DNA of 64,000 nt from positions 89,413-153,412 of the forward strand of contig JBCFAY010000004.1 in NCBI GenBank assembly GCA_038562375.1, given 5' to 3'. Made by a program: the position numbers and the translations under genes. The DNA comes from Bacillota bacterium (GTDB taxonomy: Bacteria > Bacillota > Clostridia > Christensenellales > CAG-138). Positions 18,812 through 28,223 of this stretch are shown here, one piece after another; position 1 is the first letter of the stretch, and each line of letters starts with the position of its first letter. The notes below the pieces were generated by a model. It worked only from the letters and a program-made list of their open reading frames with translations. It was not told the origin of the DNA and did no database searches.

Positions 18812-20188
18812 TCAGGCTATGAACTCCACGGAGCTGTTAGATGGCAAAAGCTCCAGTGCGGACGCAGCCATAACACAGTCATAGGATTCGAGCCCCTCGA
18901 GAACCGTCCGCTTGCTGCTGCGCGCGCTCTCATACTGGCCCTTCCCCTGCTGCTGCGCGGTAAAACCGAGCGATACGGCCTCATGCGTCACGCTGATCTG
19001 GGAAACATCGATGCCCTTATCCTTGAGCATCTGCTCAAGAACCGCCACCTCGTTCTGCAGAAGGCTTTTCGTCGCGGAATTGTCCGTCTTGATATACGCC
19101 TTCATGCCGTCGCCGTCCAGCACAAGCTTTACGCTCAGCTTTCCAAGGCTTTCGGGCTTTAACTCGACTTCAAATTCCTGCTTGCCCTCCGCCGAGCGGG
19201 TGGAGATCCTCTCAACGATTCCATCCAGGTTGTCCGCAAGTGCCGCCTGCGGCACCGGGGTCGCGTCCGCCGTCTTTGCAGCGACCGCGACATCGATTTT
19301 CGACGCGAAGACCGGTTGTTCCGCCGGCATTTTCGTCTCCGCCGTCAGCGTTTTCGCGTCGCTGTTTCGATCCTGTGTTCCTTCATTCTCCGCGTCCGCG
19401 CCGGCCTTGACCGCTTGCTTCGGCTGTTCCACGGCGCCCTTGTCCGCCGGTTCGCCCACAGGCTGAAGCCGCGCTTCCTCTTTTGCCGCTTTGCGTGCGT
19501 TTTGGGGAACCTCCCCCGTACTGTTGATATTCTCGAAAGAGCTCAATTCCTCTTGCGGCAACGCAATCGATTCCGCTGCCGTCGAGTTCAATGGTTCCTC
19601 CTTGAGCATCCCTGCTTGCGCACCTTGATCCACAGCGTCTTCAGACGCATCCGATACGATTTGTTCGGGGGAAGCGGCCGTGTCCAAGCGAAGGCTTGCT
19701 CCCGCATCCGCTGCGATGTTCATCCCCGTGCCAACCGTAATGGTTTCGTCCGATTCCGTACTGTCCGCCGTGCCGTTCAGCAAACCGAATCCTTCGAGAA
19801 TGCCAGCAATCCCTTGCGCAAATTCCGTTGCGCCGCCAGAATCGCCACACTTGCTGATCGTCGTGTCCTCAATGTCCTCCGTCTGTGTTGCCCCGATCGC
19901 ATCCGCCGCTTCGTCCGCGGAACCCTCCGGCGAGCCTGCATCGATCGCCCTGTAGCCTAGAGAGAACAATGCCTGCATCGCCGCTGCCGCCGAAGCATCC
20001 TCCGGCAAGTTTTTGGCTTTATCGGGTTCCTGCGGCAGCGCGTTCATCAACATGTCCTTGACCGTTTTAAACGGCGTGCCGGTGCTTTTTACCGCTACGA
20101 CCGAAGTCGGCAGCAGTTCACCGAGGTTTTGTACTGCGTTAACGATAGAATCACCCCCTGATATATGATTATCGTAACGTTGGTACAA
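18812..20188 (-). CDS. fliK: Flagellar hook-length control protein FliK
   Basis: Acidic low-complexity body with a C-terminal Flg_hook domain (ELKPESLGKLSVKL..DG..MKAYI). Confidence 0.7.
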   Translation of the reverse strand: MYQRYDNHISGGDSIVNAVQNLGELLPTSVVAVKSTGTPFKTVKDMLMNALPQEPDKAKNLPEDASAAAAMQALFSLGYRAIDAGSPEGSADEAADAIGATQTEDIEDTTISKCGDSGGATEFAQGIAGILEGFGLLNGTADSTESDETITVGTGMNIAADAGASLRLDTAASPEQIVSDASEDAVDQGAQAGMLKEEPLNSTAAESIALPQEELSSFENINSTGEVPQNARKAAKEEARLQPVGEPADKGAVEQPKQAVKAGADAENEGTQDRNSDAKTLTAETKMPAEQPVFASKIDVAVAAKTADATPVPQAALADNLDGIVERISTRSAEGKQEFEVELKPESLGKLSVKLVLDGDGMKAYIKTDNSATKSLLQNEVAVLEQMLKDKGIDVSQISVTHEAVSLGFTAQQQGKGQYESARSSKRTVLEGLESYDCVMAASALELLPSNSSVEFIA

Positions 20189-20193
20189 TACCT

Positions 20194-20796
20194 TTAGGAA
20201 TTTCGCATCATTTCTGTCAATATCTCTGTCGCCAGGTCGGTATCGAGGCTGTTTAAGATCGAAGCGGCCTTTGCGCTGTTCATTTTCGTAAGCAACTGCG
20301 CGATTTCGGAGATATCGCTCATGCCCTCGATCGCGGCCGCGGCTTTGGAAGCATCCATATTTTCGAGCAGCGCAGCCAACTCCTTTACGTCGACGCTCGC
20401 GCTTTCCATGGATTGCTCCTTTTCCTTGAGCTGATCCTCCTTTTCCTTGAGCGAATCCTCTTTTTTTTGCAGCGAGGCGGCGAGCTTCTCCAGCTCGGCG
20501 GAGCGCGCATCGATATCCTTCTGCTTTTGCTCCAGCTCAAGCGCCTGAGCCTGCTGCTTATCGATCTCGGCCATAACCGTCGCATCCAGTTGGAGCACGG
20601 AAACGACCTTGCCCTTAAATCCGGCGATATCAAAATAGACCATGCTAAAAAATGCTCCCAATATCAGCACGAAGGCAATCAGGAGCAACAGGGTACCCGG
20701 AATTTTGCGTTTCTTTTTCTTGGCCGCGGCGTTGGCCGCCGCTTGATTCGCCGGCGTTGCCGGTCTGTTTGGAACGGGTTGTCCGCTCTGTGCCAT
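20194..20796 (-). CDS. MotE/YlxF-like flagellar protein (MgtE_N-like C-terminus, coiled coil)
   Basis: TM helix, a KE-rich coiled coil, and a C-terminal MDASKAAAAIEGMSD..AQLLTKMNSAKAASIL. It occupies the position of B. subtilis ylxF. Confidence 0.6.
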   Translation of the reverse strand: MAQSGQPVPNRPATPANQAAANAAAKKKKRKIPGTLLLLIAFVLILGAFFSMVYFDIAGFKGKVVSVLQLDATVMAEIDKQQAQALELEQKQKDIDARSAELEKLAASLQKKEDSLKEKEDQLKEKEQSMESASVDVKELAALLENMDASKAAAAIEGMSDISEIAQLLTKMNSAKAASILNSLDTDLATEILTEMMRNS

Positions 20797-20805
20797 ATGC
20801 TCCTC

Positions 20806-21246
20806 CTATTTCGTCGCGGTTTGATAGGATACGATATCGCCGATTTCCTTTTCTGCCTCCAGCTTTGCTTCCTGCAGATAGGCTTCATACTGCGACTTGC
20901 GCAGCTTCTCATAGGTCCTGATCTTCTTTTTGATCGCGATCTGCTCCTGAAGGCATCTTGCCCTTTCATTTTCGGTCTGGTGGATTTTTTTTTGCTGGGC
21001 GCGCATCGCGTCCGTCAGATATTCAAAATACCGGCCGTATTGGACAAGCCTGTCCGACGATACGCCCTGGAGCATCTCCTTAGCGGATCGCGTCTTAGCA
21101 TCGGAAAAGCGCCGTTCCAATTCCCTTTGCCCGTTCACAAGGGCGGTAAGGCGCTCCTCGATCTTCTTCATTTTCAGCTTGAGCTGCTTCTCTTCCGAGA
21201 TCGTGACGTCATAAAGCGTTTGCAGCGTAAATACGAACTTCTTCAT
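20806..21246 (-). CDS. fliJ: Flagellar export chaperone FliJ
   Basis: 146-aa coiled coil immediately downstream of fliI, overlapping it by 4 nt. Confidence 0.75.
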   Translation of the reverse strand: MKKFVFTLQTLYDVTISEEKQLKLKMKKIEERLTALVNGQRELERRFSDAKTRSAKEMLQGVSSDRLVQYGRYFEYLTDAMRAQQKKIHQTENERARCLQEQIAIKKKIRTYEKLRKSQYEAYLQEAKLEAEKEIGDIVSYQTATK

Positions 21247-22592
21247 TCATTCTCCCGCCTGTTCGCGATTTGTTTCAGACGCTCCAACGTATCCTCGAAT
21301 GAGTTGTTCTCATAGACGGACTGCCTTAAAAGGCCGTTGATCGGCTCCTGCAGATCGATGGAAAGGTCGATCCCCGCGTTGCTCCCCTTTTTATATGCGC
21401 CGATCGAGATCAGATCCTGTATTTCGCGATAGGTCGCCAGCATCGTCTTGACGAATCCGGCGTCCTGGTAATGCTCCTTGTGCACGATATCCGGCATCAG
21501 GCGGCTCACGCTTGCGAGCACGTCGATGGCCGGATAATGGTTGTTGTTGGCAAGCTGGCGCGAGAGCACGATGTGCCCATCCAGGATACCGCGCACGGTA
21601 TCGGCGATCGGTTCGTTCATATCGTCGCCTTCCACCAAAACCGTATAAAGTCCGGTGATCGAGCCCCTGTCCGCCGTGCCGGAGCGTTCCAGAAGCTTCG
21701 GCAGAACCGCGTAAACCGAAGGGGTATAGCCCCTTGAAACAGGCGGCTCCCCGATGGCCATCCCGATCTCGCGCTGCGCCATCGCAAAGCGCGTGAGCGA
21801 ATCCATCATCAGGAGCACGTCGTAGCCTTGATCCCGAAAGTATTCGGCGATCGACGTTCCCACGCTCGCCGATTTTAAACGCACCAGCGCGGGCTGATCC
21901 GAGGTCGCCACGATCACGATGGATCGCTTGAGGCCCTCCTCCTTCAGATCCTTTTCCAGGAAGTCGCGAACCTCCCTGCCGCGCTCCCCGACCAGAACGA
22001 TCACGTTGATATCCGCCGTCGTATTTCGGGCGATCATGCCCATCAGGGTGCTCTTCCCGACTCCGCTGCCCGCGAATATGCCGATCCTCTGCCCTTTGCC
22101 GATCGTGAGCAGCGAATCGATCGCCCGAACGCCCAGGGGAAGCACTTCCTTGATGCGCTTTCTGCCCAGCGGATTCGGCGGTGCGTTGCTGATCGTATAA
22201 TGCGCCTCGGGTACGGCGGGGCCCAACCCGTCGATCGGATCGGCGAACGCGTCGATCACCCGCCCGAGGAAAGAGGCGCCCACCGGCACCATCAGCGGCT
22301 CGTTGGTCGAGATCACATAATTATTGGGCCCGACGCCCGAAAGCTCGCCCAAAGGCATCAGCAGCGCGGTTTTTTCCTTGAACCCGACGACCTCCGCGAG
22401 GATGTATTCGCCGTTATTTCCCGTAAAAAGCTTACAAATATCGCCCATTTTCGCGTTCAGGCCAAGGCACTCGACCGTCAGGCCGATCACCTTTGTCACC
22501 TTGCCGGCGTACTCATAAAGATCCGCAGCTTTGATTTTTTCAAGCTGCGCTGAAATATCATAACTCTTCATCTTCGCTCTGTTTGGGATCAA
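21243..22592 (-). CDS. fliI: Flagellum-specific ATPase FliI
   Basis: Walker A GSGVGKST and F1/T3SS ATPase-like motifs throughout. Confidence 0.95.
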   Translation of the reverse strand: MIPNRAKMKSYDISAQLEKIKAADLYEYAGKVTKVIGLTVECLGLNAKMGDICKLFTGNNGEYILAEVVGFKEKTALLMPLGELSGVGPNNYVISTNEPLMVPVGASFLGRVIDAFADPIDGLGPAVPEAHYTISNAPPNPLGRKRIKEVLPLGVRAIDSLLTIGKGQRIGIFAGSGVGKSTLMGMIARNTTADINVIVLVGERGREVRDFLEKDLKEEGLKRSIVIVATSDQPALVRLKSASVGTSIAEYFRDQGYDVLLMMDSLTRFAMAQREIGMAIGEPPVSRGYTPSVYAVLPKLLERSGTADRGSITGLYTVLVEGDDMNEPIADTVRGILDGHIVLSRQLANNNHYPAIDVLASVSRLMPDIVHKEHYQDAGFVKTMLATYREIQDLISIGAYKKGSNAGIDLSIDLQEPINGLLRQSVYENNSFEDTLERLKQIANRRENE

Positions 22593-23349
22593 CGCCCAGG
22601 ATCCTGGAAACTTTGTTCAACTGCACATCCACGCCCGCCTGCAGGATTCCGCCTTCGGATTCAAGTGCGCAGCCTCCGCTTGCGAGCGAAGCATCGCGCA
22701 CCACGGAAAAAGGGGCGCACTGCATCTGCTCGGTCAGCCAATCGCCGCCCTGTGAGAAAAACCTGTCGTACTCTTTCTCATTGAGCTTCATGAGGAATTT
22801 TTCGCTCGCATTGAAATGCTCGATGGCGCGCTTGACCAACCCTACAAAAACCGCATCATCTTTGTCGATCTGGATGTTTATGATTTTCTTGGCAATCGCG
22901 ACCGCGAGCTGCGAAATATTCCGGGCGTAGGTTTCCATCTGCCGCTCATATTGATCCGCGAGCGCCGAAACGCGCTTTTCCAGTTTCTCGCGCAGCTCGC
23001 GCTCCTGTTCCTCGGCTTCCTTAAACGCCTGCTTTCTGGCCTGCTCCAAGCCCTCGTTATAGCCGCTCTGCCATGCAGCGTTCTTGATCTCCTCGTATTT
23101 CAGGGTCGCTTTGGACAGGATAACGCCCGCCTCATATTTGGCGCTCGCGATGGTCTCCTCCGCGGCCTGACGCGCGTCCTCCTCGAGCATGGCCCGCTGC
23201 TGCGTCAAAGCCGGATCCGCATAGCGCTCGCGCTCAGCTAAGGAACCGGCAGACTCGGACGGATCCTCGGAAGCGCCCATCTGTCTGCCGACAAGGCTGT
23301 TCTTGTTTAAGTCGATATACACGACGGATGATTTATCAATCTTAAACAA
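22558..23349 (-). CDS. fliH: Flagellar assembly protein FliH
   Basis: Charged coiled coil plus a C-terminal FliH domain, positioned between fliG and fliI. Confidence 0.75.
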   Translation of the reverse strand: MFKIDKSSVVYIDLNKNSLVGRQMGASEDPSESAGSLAERERYADPALTQQRAMLEEDARQAAEETIASAKYEAGVILSKATLKYEEIKNAAWQSGYNEGLEQARKQAFKEAEEQERELREKLEKRVSALADQYERQMETYARNISQLAVAIAKKIINIQIDKDDAVFVGLVKRAIEHFNASEKFLMKLNEKEYDRFFSQGGDWLTEQMQCAPFSVVRDASLASGGCALESEGGILQAGVDVQLNKVSRILGVDPKQSEDEEL

Positions 23350-24367
23350 TCAGCTCATCCCCCTGCTTGCGCGAAATGATGATTTCTCCCGCCTCGTCCA
23401 GCTTGCGGATCGCATTGACGATCTTCTGCTGCGCTTCCTCGACGTCGCGCACGCGGACAGGCCCCATGACCTCGATGTCTTCCTTGATCATCTCCTGGAG
23501 ACGCTTGGAAATATTGTCGTAGATGGCCTTGGCTACCTCCTTTGTCGCGCCCTTGAGCGCGATAGCCAGATCGCGGTTTTCCACCTCTTTGAGCACGCGC
23601 TGAATCGCCTGATTGCCCAACGTCGTGATATCCTCGAATACGAACATGCGGTTCTTGATCTCTTCGGCAAGCTCCGCATCATCCAACTCGAGCGATTCGA
23701 GGATATGGCGCTCGGTTCCCCTGTCCACGCAGTTGAGGATCTGCACAAGGCTGTCCACCCCGCCCACAAGGGACTGGTTGCCGAATATCATCGAGGAGAA
23801 CTTGCGTTCGATGATCTTCTCCGCCTCCTTGACGTACTCCTGCGAAGCCGCGCCCATATTGGCGATGCGCGCGATGACATTGGTCTGTTTTTCCAGCGGG
23901 ATAGACGAGAGTATCATCGCCGCCTGCCTTGGATCCAAATAAGAAAGGATCAGTGCGATCGTCTGCGGGTGTTCGTTCTGCAGGAAGTTGACAAGCTGCG
24001 TATTGTCCGCCCGGCGTACGAAATCGAACGGACGGGTGCGGATGGCGGTCGAAAGCCGCGAGAGCAGATCGCTTGCGCGCTGGGAGCCGAACGCCTTGTC
24101 CAGGATATCCCGCGCGTAGTCGATGCCGCCCTCTGAGATGAATTTCTGCGCCATGCAGACCTCGTAGAACTCTTCCAATACCGCGGCCTTGACCTCGGGC
24201 TCGACGCGCCGGATACTCGTTATCGCCAGCGTAAGCTGATCGATCTCGTCTTCGTTCAGGCATTGATACAGCTTGGCCGCGTGATCCTTGCCGAGCGTGA
24301 TCATCAGTATCGCGGCTTTTTCCTTGGGAGTTAATGCTGCCCGTTCTTCGGTTGCGCCCATCGTCAT
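23342..24367 (-). CDS. fliG: Flagellar motor switch protein FliG
   Basis: 341 aa with the MFVFEDI motif and three FliG domains. Confidence 0.95.
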   Translation of the reverse strand: MTMGATEERAALTPKEKAAILMITLGKDHAAKLYQCLNEDEIDQLTLAITSIRRVEPEVKAAVLEEFYEVCMAQKFISEGGIDYARDILDKAFGSQRASDLLSRLSTAIRTRPFDFVRRADNTQLVNFLQNEHPQTIALILSYLDPRQAAMILSSIPLEKQTNVIARIANMGAASQEYVKEAEKIIERKFSSMIFGNQSLVGGVDSLVQILNCVDRGTERHILESLELDDAELAEEIKNRMFVFEDITTLGNQAIQRVLKEVENRDLAIALKGATKEVAKAIYDNISKRLQEMIKEDIEVMGPVRVRDVEEAQQKIVNAIRKLDEAGEIIISRKQGDELIV

Positions 24368-24375
24368 CCCCCGCC

Positions 24376-25995
24376 TCAGTCATCCGATAACCAGTTGCGC
24401 AAAAGCTGCGCAACCGACTCAGGACTGTTCTCGATATATTGCTCCAAACGCGTAAGGTTGCCGTTCTCTTGATTCTCGGTCGGAATCTCCTTGATCTGGC
24501 TCGGCTTGGGCGATTCGGGCGCCGGTTCCAACGCCGCGCCGCCGGGCTCCAGAATCATCGTATCGTCCGCATAATAATCCACGCCATAACCTCCCACCGT
24601 CTCCACAGGTTTCTTTTTCCGAAGCGTCAGGATGGCGATCAGCGCCAGTATCAGCACGATAACGGCGGCGCCGATGATGATGCCCAACCGTATAATTGAA
24701 GCTTTTTGCATTTCGCTGAACGTCTGCTGCTGTGCGGTAAACGCATCGGTGGCCGTATCCCCCGGTTGCTCTTGGTCCATTTGCTTGAACGGCAGCATGT
24801 CCACCGTGATGCGCTCGTCGCTTACGCCGATCGCCGTTGCGACCAGGTTCTTAACGCGCTCGGTGTAATCCTCCGTCGTCGTGGAGCTGTCGATGATCAC
24901 CGAGACCGAGAGGTCCTGTATTTTTCCCTGCGCGTTCTCGATCTGCGTCCTGGTTTCGTTTAGTTCGTAATTCGTCTCCTTTGAGATCTTGCTGTACGGC
25001 GAATCTTCTCCCGTTACCGTCGGATATGTCGTGGTTCCTCCGTTTGCGTCCACCCCGGCCGAGCCGCCCGATGCATCGCCCTGCACCGTTTCGGCAAGCT
25101 CCTGCATACTTACCGCCAAGCCTTCGTTGCTGCCCTCGACCGGCGGTTTAAAGACGACGGATTCGGAGGTTTGTCTGTCGAAATTCAATACGACGTTCAC
25201 CTGCGCAAGCACGCTGTCCTTCCCAAAAATCGGAGCAAGCAGATTCGTGACCTGTGTCTGCAATTGTTCCTGCACGGTCTGCTGCAGCTGCATCTGGGTG
25301 CCGACGTTTTCCACCGTGGTATCGTCATTGATGTCATAGAGATTCATCTCACTGTCGATGACGCGCACTTCATCCACGTCAAGCCCGGGAACGCTCTTGG
25401 AGACGAGTTCCGCGATCGCGCGCACCTCCGAGTCGCCCAGCGCCGCTCCATCCTCCAGCTTGAGCATGACGGCGGCGGTAGCCGGCTTTTCATCATCGGA
25501 CAGCACAAAGGAGCTCGATTCGCCAAGCGTCACGTTTACGACCGCATCCTTGACCTTGTCGAGCTGCACGATGGTTTTTCTTAGGTTTTCCTGAAGCTGG
25601 AACTGGAGATATACGCGCTTTTCCATATCGGTCGTGCCGAGGCCGGAGGCGTTCTGAAAGATATCGTAGTTATATCCGCTCGAGGGATACCCTTCCGCGG
25701 CAAGCTGCATTCGGATCGAATCCGCGTCGCCGCTTTCGACCAGTATCGTGTCGGAGCCCTGCGCCTTGGCGTCCACCGACATCTCGTTGAGCCGGGCGAG
25801 CACCTCGCCCGCATCCTCGGCATTCATGCCGGAATACAGTACCGTATAGGTTTTTTGATTCAGCAGGATCGACGCGGCAAGTATCACAGCAAAAGCAACG
25901 ACGACAAGGATAATCAGGCGTAACCTTTTTCCCTTTTCCATCTCCTGGAAGTATTTTGCGATCTTTGCGATGCTGTCCTTAAAAAAACCTGCCAT
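24376..25995 (-). CDS. fliF: Flagellar M-ring protein FliF
   Basis: YscJ/FliF domains and two TM segments. I prefer the ATG at 25995 (AGGTGA SD 5 nt upstream) over the GTG at 26004 used by the ORF track. Confidence 0.9.
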   Translation of the reverse strand: MAGFFKDSIAKIAKYFQEMEKGKRLRLIILVVVAFAVILAASILLNQKTYTVLYSGMNAEDAGEVLARLNEMSVDAKAQGSDTILVESGDADSIRMQLAAEGYPSSGYNYDIFQNASGLGTTDMEKRVYLQFQLQENLRKTIVQLDKVKDAVVNVTLGESSSFVLSDDEKPATAAVMLKLEDGAALGDSEVRAIAELVSKSVPGLDVDEVRVIDSEMNLYDINDDTTVENVGTQMQLQQTVQEQLQTQVTNLLAPIFGKDSVLAQVNVVLNFDRQTSESVVFKPPVEGSNEGLAVSMQELAETVQGDASGGSAGVDANGGTTTYPTVTGEDSPYSKISKETNYELNETRTQIENAQGKIQDLSVSVIIDSSTTTEDYTERVKNLVATAIGVSDERITVDMLPFKQMDQEQPGDTATDAFTAQQQTFSEMQKASIIRLGIIIGAAVIVLILALIAILTLRKKKPVETVGGYGVDYYADDTMILEPGGAALEPAPESPKPSQIKEIPTENQENGNLTRLEQYIENSPESVAQLLRNWLSDD

Positions 25996-26267
25996 TGCTT
26001 TCACCTATCAATCATATTTTTCCCATTCGTTATCCAACGGCGGCCGTTTGCACGCAAATTGAGAGTCCATATTCTGTTTAACCCGACACAGTTTATTATA
26101 ACAATTCTTCACAAAACGCGCAAATTATACAATATTATGAATAGATGATATTTTATAACACAATATCGTGTAATTCAATAGTATTTATATCATACAACCG
26201 CGGCGCTTGTCGAATAAAACAGATATGGCGCAGCGTGAAATTTTTTTGTTTCACTTGTTTTTACCGC

Positions 26268-26294
26268 TAAAGTATTCTTTCGATGTGTCGATAT
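26268..26294 (+). promoter_or_regulatory. Sigma-28 (SigD/FliA)-type promoter of flagellin
   Basis: TAAA, 15 nt, GTCGATAT compared with the consensus TAAA-N15-GCCGATAA. Confidence 0.65.
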
Positions 26295-26360
26295 ACTTTC
26301 TTAGATGCCGGGTAAGGCACCCCGCCTGAGGCGCCGGGCGAGGATCCTCCGGTAAATCAA

Positions 26361-26392
26361 CGGCAAGGACGCCGGATAATAATCAAGGAGGA
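26361..26392 (+). promoter_or_regulatory. Two CsrA-type GGA sites in the flagellin leader
   Basis: The hairpin CGGC-AAGGAC-GCCG presents GGA in its loop (26361-26374). The second site, CAAGGAGGA, overlaps the SD (26384-26392). Confidence 0.5.
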
Positions 26393-26399
26393 AATCACA

Positions 26400-27512
26400 A
26401 TGCGTATCAACAACAACATCATGGCCATGAACACCCACCGGCAGTATGGCATCAACAACAGCAGCGTGGCGAAATCCACCGAAAAACTCTCTTCCGGTTA
26501 CCGTATCAACCGCGCGGGCGACGACGCAGCTGGCTTAGCTATTTCCGAGAAGATGCGCGCCCAGATCCGCGGCCTCGACATGGCTTCCAAGAACAGCGAA
26601 GACGCGATCTCCCTCGTGCAGACCGCTGAAGGCGCGCTTACCGAAACCCACTCCATCCTGCAGCGTATGCGCGAGCTGTCCACGCAGTCGGCTTCCGACA
26701 CCAACGACAGCACGGTCGACCGCAACGCCCTCGACGCCGAGTTCCAAGAGCTCGTCAAGGAAATCGACGACATCGCGACCAAGACCAAGTTCAACAACAT
26801 GACCCTGCTCAACGGAACGTTCGGTTCCACGACGGCCGTCACCGCAGGTTCGGCCATCCAGTCCGGCTTGCTCGGCGTAACCGACATTAAGCTGGAAGGC
26901 TTCGCGGCCGGTGCGGGCCAGACCATTTCCTTCGCGGTCAACGCGGGCACCTATACCGCTACCTTCGGCACGACCAACGTCACCGGCATCGCGGATGCGA
27001 GCGGCGCAGGCAAGCTGAACATCGACTTCGGCGGCGGCAGGAAGGCCTCCATCGAGCTCGGCGCGGCATATGCCGCCGGGAATTTCGATGGTGAGGCCAT
27101 CACCTTTGACGTAAGCGCGGGCGACGCCGTCATCCAGACGGGCGCGAACGAGGGCGACACCCTCAGTTTCAGCATCGACGATATGAGCTCGTCAGGCCTG
27201 TCCCTCAGCGCTCTGAGCATCGGAACACGCGCCAACGCTTCGACGGCGATCACCGGTGTCAATGCGGCCATCAACACCGTCTCCACACAGCGCGCTTCCC
27301 TTGGTGCTTTGCAGAACCGTCTGCAGCACAAGATCAACAACCTCGATACCTCTTCCGAGAACCTGCAGGCCGCCGAAAGCCGTATCCGCGACCTCGATAT
27401 GGCAAAAGAAATGACGACCTACACCAAGAACAACATCCTCGTGCAGGCCGCGACCGCCATGTTGGCGCAGGCCAATTCCGCTCCGCAGGGCGTCCTGCAG
27501 CTGCTCCAGTAA
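26400..27512 (+). CDS. fliC: Flagellin
   Basis: MRINNNIMAMN...LSSGYRINRAGDDAAGLAISEKM at the N-terminus and LQNRL...AQANSAPQGVLQLLQ at the C-terminus, with a variable Gly/Ala/Thr-rich middle. Confidence 0.95.
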   Translation: MRINNNIMAMNTHRQYGINNSSVAKSTEKLSSGYRINRAGDDAAGLAISEKMRAQIRGLDMASKNSEDAISLVQTAEGALTETHSILQRMRELSTQSASDTNDSTVDRNALDAEFQELVKEIDDIATKTKFNNMTLLNGTFGSTTAVTAGSAIQSGLLGVTDIKLEGFAAGAGQTISFAVNAGTYTATFGTTNVTGIADASGAGKLNIDFGGGRKASIELGAAYAAGNFDGEAITFDVSAGDAVIQTGANEGDTLSFSIDDMSSSGLSLSALSIGTRANASTAITGVNAAINTVSTQRASLGALQNRLQHKINNLDTSSENLQAAESRIRDLDMAKEMTTYTKNNILVQAATAMLAQANSAPQGVLQLLQ

Positions 27513-27548
27513 CAAGTGTAACAAAAGACAAAGCGACGAGAATAAACC

Positions 27549-27578
27549 CACAAGGGCCGGCAAATGCCGGCCCTTGTG
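27549..27578 (+). terminator. Strong hairpin after flagellin (probable terminator, weak U-tract)
   Basis: 13-bp stem CACAAGGGCCGGC/GCCGGCCCTTGTG with loop AAAT, 36 nt after the stop. It is followed by TCTGTCAAAAAAAA, so there is no proper T-run. Confidence 0.55.
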
Positions 27579-27730
27579 TCTGTCAAAAAAAAGGCTGCGC
27601 CCTTCATTAGGTTCACCGTACCTTTGGTACGATCGACGATTCCTGACCAAGAGGTGCTACGCCGCAGGCCAGCCCTCCATACATGGGCTCCGCGCCAAAC
27701 CGGGATGTTTCGGCCCATACGGATGAAATG

Positions 27731-27765
27731 AAAAAGCTGTCCGAGATTGCCTCGAACAGCTTTTT
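27731..27765. terminator. Bidirectional terminator (end of the efp/Zn-ribbon transcript)
   Basis: AAAAAGCTGTCCGAG-attgc-CTCGAACAGCTTTTT, a 15-bp stem with one mismatch, with A5 on one side and T5 on the other. Confidence 0.65.
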
Positions 27766-27799
27766 GCTTCATAATTCATTCACACGACGCCCCGGCCGG

Positions 27800-28189
27800 T
27801 CAATCCTCGTCCCCGCCCGGGTCGGGCGTAATGACGGGCTGATTGCAGTTCGGACAGATCAGGTCATCCGCCGATTCGAGCATCTCCTGGTCGAAAAAGA
27901 TCGTCTCGTCGCAGTGCGGGCAAACGACCTCGACGAAATCATCGTCATCCTCTTCGTCTTCGTCCTCATCCTCGAACACCGCTTCGTCCAGCGCGTCCAG
28001 ATCGTCGCAGATGTCCTCGATGAACTCGTTCATCTCATCGATCGCCGATTCATTGTCCTCCACGGCGTCCGCGATCGCGTCGAGCGCGTCGATGATCGCC
28101 GCAAAGAGCTTCTGCTGCGCCTCGTCCGCGATGGTCAGCCCATCGGCGAGGCCTTTTAAATAGGAAACCTTTTCTTTAATGTAGCTCAT
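27800..28189 (-). CDS. Highly acidic Zn-ribbon protein (CD1247-N-terminal-domain-like, function unknown)
   Basis: 129 aa from the ATG at 28189 (AAAGGA SD). Helical N-terminus, a DEDEDEEDDDD run, then CPHC...CPNC. The 221-aa track ORF is an Arg-rich extension across the efp 3' end. Confidence 0.7.
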   Translation of the reverse strand: MSYIKEKVSYLKGLADGLTIADEAQQKLFAAIIDALDAIADAVEDNESAIDEMNEFIEDICDDLDALDEAVFEDEDEDEEDDDDFVEVVCPHCDETIFFDQEMLESADDLICPNCNQPVITPDPGGDED

Positions 28190-28223
28190 TCGTATCAATC
28201 CTTTCTGATACCTTAAGAATGCG

